Positions 13,401 to 22,700 of a stretch of 64,000 bases of DNA are shown piece after piece. Both the position numbers and the translations under genes were made by a program. Position 1 is the first letter of the stretch; each line of letters opens with the position of its first letter. The notes under the pieces are model-generated. The model made no database searches. It had not been told where the DNA came from and worked only from the letters and a program-made list of their open reading frames with translations. The DNA is from Lingula anatina (taxonomy: Eukaryota > Animalia > Brachiopoda), in contig CM120641.1 of NCBI GenBank assembly GCA_051362555.1, positions 40,678,401 through 40,742,400 on the forward strand, in the 5' to 3' direction.

Positions 13401-15341
13401 GTGTTGGGTCATTTGTAGTCAGTATAAAGTACTGGAAGAGTGGTTGTGTCAATATTAAGGAAGAAAAAGAGCAAAAACTCTGGCCACCCCCCCTCTCTCC
13501 AGATCCTGTTTTCAGCTGTGTTTTTGGCTATCTTTAAAGCTGGAATTGGGGGCTTTAATGAAGTGATCCGGGCGTGTTTCCACATTTTTTATGAATGACA
13601 GGTGTGGTAGATTAATTTTCATCACATTTCGGAAAAATTGGTGACGGGTCGTTTTTGGGTGATTTTGAGTGATTTTCATCAGGTCCGCGTACAGCAGATT
13701 TCTTCAATTTTGGCCAAAAAGGGAAGAAATTTTTTTTTCTTCATTATAGTGACCGGTAGGTGTGTTGGGTCATTTGTAGTCAGTATAAAGTACTGGAAGA
13801 GTGGTTGTGTCAATATTAAGGAAGAAAAAGAGCAAAAACTCTGGCCACCCCCCCTCTCTCCAGATCCTGTTTTCAGCTGTGTTTTTGGCTATCTTTAAAG
13901 CTGGAATTGGGGGCTTTAATGAAGTGATCCGGGCGTGTTTCCACATTTTTTATGAATGACAGGTGTGGTAGATTAATTTTCATCACATTTCGGAAAAATT
14001 GGTGACGGGTCGTTTTTGGGTGATTTTGAGTGATTTTCATCAGGTCCGCGTACAGCAGATTTCTTCAATTTTGGCCAAAAAGGGAAGAAATTTTTTTTTC
14101 TTCATTATAGTGACCGGTAGGTGTGTTGGGTCATTTGTAGTCAGTATAAAGTACTGGAAGAGTGGTTGTGTCAATATTAAGGAAGAAAAAGAGCAAAAAC
14201 TCTGGCCACCCCCCCTCTCTCCAGATCCTGTTTTCAGCTGTGTTTTTGGCTATCTTTAAAGCTGGAATTGGGGGCTTTAATGAAGTGATCCGGGCGTGTT
14301 TCCACATTTTTTATGAATGACAGGTGTGGTAGATTAATTTTCATCACATTTCCGAAAAATTGGTGACGGGTCGTTTTTGGGTGATTTTGAGTGATTTTCA
14401 TCAGGTCCGCGTACAGCAGATTTCTTCAATTTTGGCCAAAAAGGGAAGAAATTTTTTTTTCTTCATTATAGTGACCGGTAGGTGTGTTGGGTCATTTGTA
14501 GTCAGTATAAAGTACTGGAAGAGTGGTTGTGTCAATATTAAGGAAGAAAAAGAGCAAAAACTCTGGCCACCCCCCCTCTCTCCAGATCCTGTTTTCAGCT
14601 GTGTTTTTGGCTATCTTTAAAGCTGGAATTGGGGGCTTTAATGAAGTGATCCGGGCGTGTTTCCACATTTTTTATGAATGACAGGTGTGGTAGATTAATT
14701 TTCATCACATTTCGGAAAAATTGGTGACGAGTCGTTTTTGGGTGATTTTGAGTGATTTTCATCAGGTCCGCGTACAGCAGATTTCTTCAATTTTGGCCAA
14801 AAAGGGAAGAAATTTTTTTTTCTTCATTATAGTGACCGGTAGGTGTGTTGGGTCATTTGTAGTCAGTATAAAGTACTGGAAGAGTGGTTGTGTCAATATT
14901 AAGGAAGAAAAAGAGCAAAAACTCTGGCCACCCCCCCTCTCTCCAGATCCTGTTTTCAGCTGTGTTTTTGGCTATCTTTAAAGCTGGAATTGGGGGCTTT
15001 AATGAAGTGATCCGGGCGTGTTTCCACATTTTTTATGAATGACAGGTGTGGTAGATTAATTTTCATCACATTTCGGAAAAATTGGTGACGGGTCGTTTTT
15101 GGGTGATTTTGAGTGATTTTCATCAGGTCCGCGTACAGCAGATTTCTTCAATTTTGGCCAAAAAGGGAAGAAATTTTTTTTTCTTCATTATAGTGACCGG
15201 TAGGTGTGTTGGGTCATTTGTAGTCAGTATAAAGTACTGGAAGAGTGGTTGTGTCAATATTAAGGAAGAAAAAGAGCAAAAACTCTGGCCACCCCCCCTC
15301 TCTCCAGATCCTGTTTTCAGCTGTGTTTTTGGCTATCTTTA

Positions 15342-15346
15342 AAGCT
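15342..15346 (+). other. Target-site duplication AAGCT, left copy
   Basis: Empty sites in other monomers read CTTTAAAGCTGGAATT. Here the sequence is CTTTA-AAGCT-[element]-AAGCT-GGAATT. Confidence 0.85.
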
Positions 15347-15456
15347 CAGGCCTTCCCAACTACCAGACTCAACACCTACGGGTCCAGTATAAACCGGTTT
15401 ATCTGACCACACTACCCGTTTTCAAGGTGTGTGTCAGATCGCATAAAAGAGTATCA
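15347..15456 (+). repeat. Left terminal inverted repeat (110 bp)
   Basis: CAGGCCTTCCCAACTACCAGACTC...GCATAAAAGAGTATCA is the reverse complement of 16068-16177, except AA (15371-15372) versus CC (16152-16153). Confidence 0.96.
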
Positions 15457-15808
15457 TACCCCATCACAAATTTTGTAAGCCTACCTGTCATCCGGGTATC
15501 GCGCCTCGTTTTCGTCAAGTAGGAGTCGTATGAATACAACAACATGGAAATCGGCAATCCTCGGCTCATTCCGCAAGCTCCATACTATTGTCGAGTGCGG
15601 AGACATTGGTGTAGTTCCGAGTGACAACATGGCGACAGACGACTCACTGAATCTCGTCCAGAAAATATTTAACCCCCGACAGATCATTGGCTATGTTCGA
15701 ACCTAAATTTTATGTTAAAAATTGCGGTATTGTCAGATTTATAGCATAAACAGGGAAAATTGCAGCAGCGCATGAATGTAGATGAGATGCACTACTTTCC
15801 AACCCCGC

Positions 15809-15918
15809 TTTAGACCACGGTGGAAGTGAAGAACAAAAGATTCAGACGTGGTGTAACTCGCATAACCGCACGTCTTGCATGAATGCGTTATAACCCGCTA
15901 ATGGACCCGTGGTCTAAA
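15809..15918. repeat. Internal 12-bp perfect inverted-repeat pair enclosing 86 bp
   Basis: TTTAGACCACGG (15809-15820) and CCGTGGTCTAAA (15907-15918). Confidence 0.88.
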
Positions 15919-15920
15919 TA

Positions 15921-16013
15921 AGATAGATCCCTCCTCAGCGAGGGTTATGTGACATCCACTCGTGCTTCGCACTCGTGTATGCCACATAACCCTCGCTGAC
16001 TCGGGGTCTATCT
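15921..16013. repeat. 93-bp internal imperfect palindrome/hairpin
   Basis: 45-nt arms symmetric about 15967 with no gaps and 37/45 complementary. Includes a perfect 17-bp stem (TCAGCGAGGGTTATGTG 15935-15951 / CACATAACCCTCGCTGA 15983-15999). Apex GTGC-TTC-GCAC. Confidence 0.95.
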
Positions 16014-16067
16014 ATTACTAGGATCATCGCCATCACATTGCGCACCAGGTAAAATGGGTGTGGTGGC

Positions 16068-16177
16068 TGATACTCTTTTATGCGATCTGACACACACCTT
16101 GAAAACGGGTAGTGTGGTCAGATAAACCGGTTTATACTGGACCCGTAGGTGCCGAGTCTGGTAGTTGGGAAGGCCTG
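16068..16177 (-). repeat. Right terminal inverted repeat (110 bp)
   Basis: TGATACTCTTTTATGC...GAGTCTGGTAGTTGGGAAGGCCTG; 108/110 identical to the left TIR on the opposite strand. Confidence 0.96.
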
Positions 16178-16182
16178 AAGCT
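16178..16182 (+). other. Target-site duplication AAGCT, right copy
   Basis: Direct repeat of 15342-15346 immediately after the terminal CCTG. Confidence 0.85.
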
Positions 16183-19100
16183 GGAATTGGGGGCTTTAAT
16201 GAAGTGATCCGGGCGTGTTTCCACATTTTTTATGAATGACAGGTGTGGTAGATTAATTTTCATCACATTTCGGAAAAATTGGTGACGGGTCGTTTTTGGG
16301 TGATTTTGAGTGATTTTCATCAGGTCCGCGTACAGCAGATTTCTTCAATTTTGGCCAAAAAGGGAAGAAATTTTTTTTTCTTCATTATAGTGACCGGTAG
16401 GTGTGTTGGGTCATTTGTAGTCAGTATAAAGTACTGGAAGAGTGGTTGTGTCAATATTAAGGAAGAAAAAGAGCAAAAACTCTGGCCACCCCCCCTCTCT
16501 CCAGATCCTGTTTTCAGCTGTGTTTTTGGCTATCTTTAAAGCTGGAATTGGGGGCTTTAATGAAGTGATCCGGGCGTGTTTCCACATTTTTTATGAATGA
16601 CAGGTGTGGTAGATTAATTTTCATCACATTTCGGAAAAATTGGTGACGGGTCGTTTTTGGGTGATTTTGAGTGATTTTCATCAGGTCCGCGTACAGCAGA
16701 TTTCTTCAATTTTGGCCAAAAAGGGAAGAAATTTTTTTTTCTTCATTATAGTGACCGGTAGGTGTGTTGGGTCATTTGTAGTCAGTATAAAGTACTGGAA
16801 GAGTGGTTGTGTCAATATTAAGGAAGAAAAAGAGCAAAAACTCTGGCCACCCCCCCCTCTCTCCAGATCCTGTTTTCAGCTGTGTTTTTGGCTATCTTTA
16901 AAGCTGGAATTGGGGGCTTTAATGAAGTGATCCGGGCGTGTTTCCACATTTTTTATGAATGACAGGTGTGGTAGATTAATTTTCATCACATTTCGGAAAA
17001 ATTGGTGACGGGTCGTTTTTGGGTGATTTTGAGTGATTTTCATCAGGTTCGCGTACAGCAGATTTCTTCAATTTTGGCCAAAAAGGGAAGAAATTTTTTT
17101 TTCTTCATTATAGTGACCGGTAGGTGTGTTGGGTCATTTGTAGTCAGTATAAAGTACTGGAAGAGTGGTTGTGTCAATATTAAGGAAGAAAAAGAGCAAA
17201 AACTCTGGCCACCCCCCCTCTCTCCAGATCCTGTTTTCAGCTGTGTTTTTGGCTATCTTTAAAGCTGGAATTGGGGGCTTTAATGAAGTGATCCGGGCGT
17301 GTTTCCACATTTTTTATGAATGACAGGTGTGGTAGATTAATTTTCATCACATTTCGGAAAAATTGGTGACGGGTCGTTTTTGGGTGATTTTGAGTGATTT
17401 TCATCAGGTCCGCGTACAGCAGATTTCTTCAATTTTGGCCAAAAAGGGAAGAAATTTTTTTTTCTTCATTATAGTGACCGGTAGGTGTGTTGGGTCATTT
17501 GTAGTCAGTATAAAGTACTGGAAGAGTGGTTGTGTCAATATTAAGGAAGAAAAAGAGCAAAAACTCTGGCCACCCCCCCTCTCTCCAGATCCTGTTTTCA
17601 GCTGTGTTTTTGGCTATCTTTAAAGCTGGAATTGGGGGCTTTAATGAAGTGATCCGGGCGTGTTTCCACATTTTTTATGAATGACAGGTGTGGTAGATTA
17701 ATTTTCATCACATTTCGGAAAAATTGGTGACGGGTCGTTTTTGGGTGATTTTAAGTGATTTTCATCAGGTCCGCGTACAGCAGATTTCTTCAGTTTTGGC
17801 CAAAAAGGGAAGAAATTTTTTTTTCTTCATTATAGTGACCGGTAGGTGTGTTGGGTCATTTGTAGTCAGTATAAAGTACTGGAAGAGTGGTTGTGTCAAT
17901 ATTAAGGAAGAAAAAGAGCAAAAACTCTGGCCACCCCCCCTCTCTCCAGATCCTGTTTTCAGCTGTGTTTTTGGCTATCTTTAAAGCTGGAATTGGGGGC
18001 TTTAATGAAGTGATCCGGGCGTGTTTCCACATTTTTTATGAATGACAGGTGTGGTAGATTAATTTTCATCACATTTCGGAAAAATTGGTGACGGGTCGTT
18101 TTTGGGTGATTTTGAGTGATTTTCATCAGGTCCGCGTACAGCAGATTTCTTCAATTTTGGCCAAAAAGGGAAGAAATTTTTTTTTCTTCATTATAGTGAC
18201 CGGTAGGTGTGTTGGGTCATTTGTAGTCAGTATAAAGTACTGGAAGAGTGGTTGTGTCAATATTAAGGAAGAAAAAGAGCAAAAACTCTGGCCACCCCCC
18301 CTCTCTCCAGATCCTGTTTTCAGCTGTGTTTTTGGCTATCTTTAAAGCTGGAATTGGGGGCTTTAATGAAGTGATCCGGGCGTGTTTCCACATTTTTTAT
18401 GAATGACAGGTGTGGTAGATTAATTTTCATCACATTTTGGAAAAATTGGTGACGGGTCGTTTTTGGGTGATTTTGAGTGATTTTCATCAGGTCCGCGTAC
18501 AGCAGATTTCTTCAATTTTGGCCAAAAAGGGAAGAAATTTTTTTTTCTTCATTATAGTGACCGGTAGGTGTGTTGGGTCATTTGTAGTCAGTATAAAGTA
18601 CTGGAAGAGTGGTTGTGTCAATATTAAGGAAGAAAAAGAGCAAAAACTCTGGCCACCCCCCTCTCTCCAGATCCTGTTTTCAGCTGTGTTTTTGGCTATC
18701 TTTAAAGCTGGAATTGGGGGCTTTAATGAAGTGATCTGGGCGTGTTTCCACATTTTTTATGAATGACAGGTGTGGTAGATTAATTTTCGTCACATTTCGG
18801 AAAAATTGGTGACGGGTCGTTTTTGGGTGATTTTGAGTGATTTTCATCAGGTCCGCGTACAGCAGATTTCTTCAATTTTGGCCAAAAAGGGAAGAAATTT
18901 TTTTTTCTTCATTATAGTGACCGGTAGGTGTGTTGGGTCATTTGTAGTCAGTATAAAGTACTGGAAGAGTGGTTGTGTCAATATTAAGGAAGAAAAAGAG
19001 CAAAAACTCTGGCCACCCCCCTCTCTCCAGATCCTGTTTTCAGCTGTGTTTTTGGCTATCTTTAAAGCTGGAATTGGGGGCTTTAATGAAGTGATCTGGG

Positions 19101-19789
19101 CGTGTTTCCACATTTTTTATGAATGACAGGTGTGGTAGATTAATTTTCGTCACATTTCGGAAAAATTGGTGACGGGTCGTTTTTGGGTGATTTTGAGTGA
19201 TTTTCATCAGGTCCGCGTACAGCAGATTTCTTCAATTTTGGCCAAAAAGGGAAGAAAATTTTTTTTCTTCATTATAGTGACCGTTAGGTGTGTTGGGTCA
19301 TTTGTAGTCAGTATAAAGTACTGGAAGAGTGGTTGTGTCAATATTAAGGAAGAAAAAGAGCAAAAACTCTGGCCACCCCCCCTCTCTCCAGATCCTGTTT
19401 TCAGCTGTGTTTTTGGCTATCTTTAAAGCTGGAATTGGGGGCTTTAATGAAGTGATCCGGGCGTGTTTCCACATTTTTTATGAATGACAGGTGTGGTAGA
19501 TTAATTTTCGTCACATTTCGGAAAAATTGGTGACGGGTCGTTTTTGGGTGATTTTGAGTGATTTTCATCAGGTCCGCGTACAGCAGATTTCTTCAATTTT
19601 GGCCAAAAAGGGAAGAAATTTTTTTTTCTTCATTATAGTGACCGGTAGGTGTGTTGGGTCATTTGTAGTCAGTATAAAGTACTGGAAGAGTGGTTGTGTC
19701 AATATTAAGGAAGAAAAAGAGCAAAAACTCTGGCCACCCCCCCTCTCTCCAGATCCTGTTTTCAGCTGTGTTTTTGGCTATCTTTAAAG

Positions 19790-22700
19790 CTGGAATTGGG
19801 GGCTTTAATGAAGTGATCCGGGCGTGTTTCCACATTTTTTATGAATGACAGGTGTGGTAGATTAATTTTCGTCACATTTCGGAAAAATTGGTGACGGGTC
19901 GTTTTTGGGTGATTTTGAGTGATTTTCATCAGGTCCGCGTACAGCAGATTTCTTCAATTTTGGCCAAAAAGGGAAGAATTTTTTTTTTCTTCATTATAGT
20001 GACCGGTAGGTGTGTTGGGTCATTTGTAGTCAGTATAAAGTACTGGAAGAGTGGTTGTGTCAATATTAAGGAAGAAAAAGAGCAAAAACTCTGGCCACCC
20101 CCCCCCTCTCTCCAGATCCTGTTTTCAGCTGTGTTTTTGGCTATCTTTAAAGCTGGAATTGGGGGCTTTAATGAAGTGATCCGGGCGTGTTTCCACATTT
20201 TTTATGAATGACAGGTGTGGTAGATTAATTTTCATCACATTTCGGAAAAATTGGTGACGGGTCGTTTTTGGGTGATTTTGAGTGATTTTCATCAGGTCCG
20301 CCCGCGTACAGCAGATTTCTTCAATTTTGGCCAAAAAGGGAAGAAATTTTTTTTTCTTCATTATAGTGACCGGTAGGTGTGTTGGGTCATTTGTAGTCAG
20401 TATAAAGTACTGGAAGAGTGGTTGTGTCAATATTAAGGAAGAAAAAGAGCAAAAATTCTGGCCACCCCCCCTCTCTCCAGATCCTGTTTTCAGCTGTGTT
20501 TTTGGCTATCTTTAAAGCTGGAATTGGGGGCTTTAATGAAGTGATCCGGGCGTTTTTCCACATTTTTTATGAATGACAGGTGTGGTAGATTAATTTTCAT
20601 CACATTTCGGAAAAATTGGTGACGGGTCGTTTTTGGGTGATTTTGAGTGATTTTCATCAGGTCCGCCCGCGTACAGCAGATTTCTTCAATTTTGGCCAAA
20701 AAGGGAAGAATTTTTTTTTTCTTCATTATAGTGACCGGTAGGTGTGTTGGGTCATTTGTAGTCAGTATAAAGTACTGGAAGAGTGGTTGTGTCAATATTA
20801 AGGAAGAAAAAGAGCAAAAACTCTGGCCACCCCCCCTCTCTCCAGATCCTGTTTTCAGCTGTGTTTTTGGCTATCTTTAAAGCTGGAATTGGGGGCTTTA
20901 ATGAAGTGCTCCGGGCGTGTTTCCACATTTTTTATGAATGACAGGTGTGGTAGATTAATTTTCATCACATTTCGGAAAAATTGGTGACGGGTCGTTTTTG
21001 GGTGATTTTGAGTGATTTTCATCAGGTCCGCGTACAGCAGATTTCTTCAATTTTGGCCAAAAAGGGAAGAAATTTTTTTTTCTTCATTATAGTGACCGGT
21101 AGGTGTGTTGGGTCATTTGTAGTCAGTATAAAGTACTGGAAGAGTGGTTGTGTCAATATTAAGGAAGAAAAAGAGCAAAAACTCTGGCCACCCCCCCTCT
21201 CTCCAGATCCTGTTTTCAGCTGTGTTTTTGGCTATCTTTAAAGCTGGAATTGGGGGCTTTAATGAAGTGCTCCGGGCGTGTTTCCACATTTTTTATGAAT
21301 GACAGGTGTGGTAGATTAATTTTCATCACATTTCGGAAAAATTGGTGACGGGTCGTTTTTGGGTGATTTTGAGTGATTTTCATCAGGTCCGCGTACAGCA
21401 GATTTCTTCAATTTTGGCCAAAAAGGGAAGAAATTTTTTTTTCTTCATTATAGTGACCGGTAGGTGTGTTGGGTCATTTGTAGTCAGTATAAAGTACTGG
21501 AAGAGTGGTTGTGTCAATATTAAGGAAGAAAAAGAGCAAAAACTCTGGCCACCCCCCCTCTCTCCAGATCCTGTTTTCAGCTGTGTTTTTGGCTATCTTT
21601 AAAGCTGGAATTGGGGGCTTTAATGAAGTGCTCCGGGCGTGTTTCCACATTTTTTATGAATGACAGGTGTGGTAGATTAATTTTCATCACATTTCGGAAA
21701 AATTGGTGACGGGTCGTTTTTGGGTGATTTTGAGTGATTTTCATCAGGTCCGCGTACAGCAGATTTCTTCAATTTTGGCCAAAAAGGGAAGAAATTTTTT
21801 GTTCTTCATTATAGTGACCGGTAGGTGTGTTGGGTCATTTGTAGTCAGTATAAAGTACTGGAAGAGTGGTTGTGTCAATATTAAGGAAGAAAAAGAGCAA
21901 AAACTCTGGCCACCCCCCCTCTCTCCAGATCCTGTTTTCAGCTGTGTTTTTGGCTATCTTTAAAGCTGGAATTGGGGGCTTTAATGAAGTGATCCGGGCG
22001 TGTTTCCACATTTTTTATGAATGACAGGTGTGGTAGATTAATTTTCGTCACATTTCGGAAAAATTGGTGACGGGTCGTTTTTGGGTGATTTTGAGTGATT
22101 TTCATCAGGTCCGCGTACAGCAGATTTCTTCAATTTTGGCCAAAAAGGGAAGAAATTTTTTTTTCTTCATTATAGTGACCGGTAGGTGTGTTGGGTCATT
22201 TGTGGTCAGTATAAAGTACTGGAAGAGTGGTTGTGTCAATATTAAGGAAGAAAAAGAGCAAAAACTCTGGCCACCCCCCCTCTCTCCAGATCCTGTTTTC
22301 AGCTGTGTTTTTGGCTATCTTTAAAGCTGGAATTGGGGGCTTTAATGAAGTGATCCGGGCGTGTTTCCACATTTTTTATGAATGACAGGTGTGGTAGATT
22401 AATTTTCATCACATTTCGGAAAAATTGGTGACGGGTCGTTTTTGGGTGATTTTGAGTGATTTTCATCAGGTCCGCGTACAGCAGATTTCTTCAATTTTGG
22501 CCAAAAAGGGAAGAAATTTTTTTTTCTTCATTATAGTGACCGGTAGGTGTGTTGGGTCATTTGTAGTCAGTATAAAGTACTGGAAGAGTGGTTGTGTCAA
22601 TATTAAGGAAGAAAAAGAGCAAAAACTCTGGCCACCCCCCCTCTCTCCAGATCCTGTTTTCAGCTGTGTTTTTGGCTATCTTTAAAGCTGGAATTGGGGG

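Larger units (their letters stand above)
1..15346. repeat. Tandem satellite array, 361-bp monomer (segment left of the insertion)
   Basis: Near-identical unit (...AAGCTGGAATTGGGGGCTTTAATGAAGTGATCCGGGCGTG...GGCTATCTTTA) recurs head-to-tail. ORF starts recur at exactly 361-bp spacing (e.g. 7138, 7499, 7860, 8221), or 365 bp where a 4-bp duplication is present. The array runs off the left edge. Confidence 0.99.
15347..16177. mobile_element. Non-autonomous TIR DNA transposon (MITE-like), 831 bp, hAT-like termini, 5-bp TSD
   Basis: Only non-satellite sequence in the window. Bounded by 110-bp inverted repeats and flanked by duplicated AAGCT. The ORF period across it is 16279-15082=1197=361+831+5, matching an 831-bp element plus a 5-bp duplication. 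No transposase-length ORF. The superfamily assignment is an inference from the termini. Confidence 0.93.

Noticed and set aside
15625-15634. CAACATGGCG YY1-like motif as a promoter
   Set aside because: A single short motif with no supporting evidence of transcription.
15481-15687. 68-aa minus-strand ORF inside the element as a transposase fragment
   Set aside because: No BED finger, DDE or hAT dimerisation motif is visible, and the length is within chance expectation.
15530-15706. 58-codon + strand ORF (MNTTTWKSAILGSFRKLHTIVECGDIGVVPSDNMATDDSLNLVQKIFNPRQIIGYVRT) preceded by AGGAG
   Set aside because: It is short with no recognisable transposase or other motif. A Shine-Dalgarno-like 5-mer is expected by chance and is not meaningful in an apparently eukaryotic context. 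TBLASTN/HHpred could rescue it as a remnant.
15347-16177. Insertion as a solo LTR, SINE, Helitron or Transib/RAG-type element
   Set aside because: There are no TG...CA ends, poly(A) tail or TC...CTRR ends. The long TIRs indicate a cut-and-paste element, and the termini are CAG rather than the CAC heptamer-like ends of Transib/RAG transposons.
16008-16320. Chimeric ORFs spanning the satellite/TIR junction
   Set aside because: They are artefacts of read-through from satellite into a non-coding TIR.
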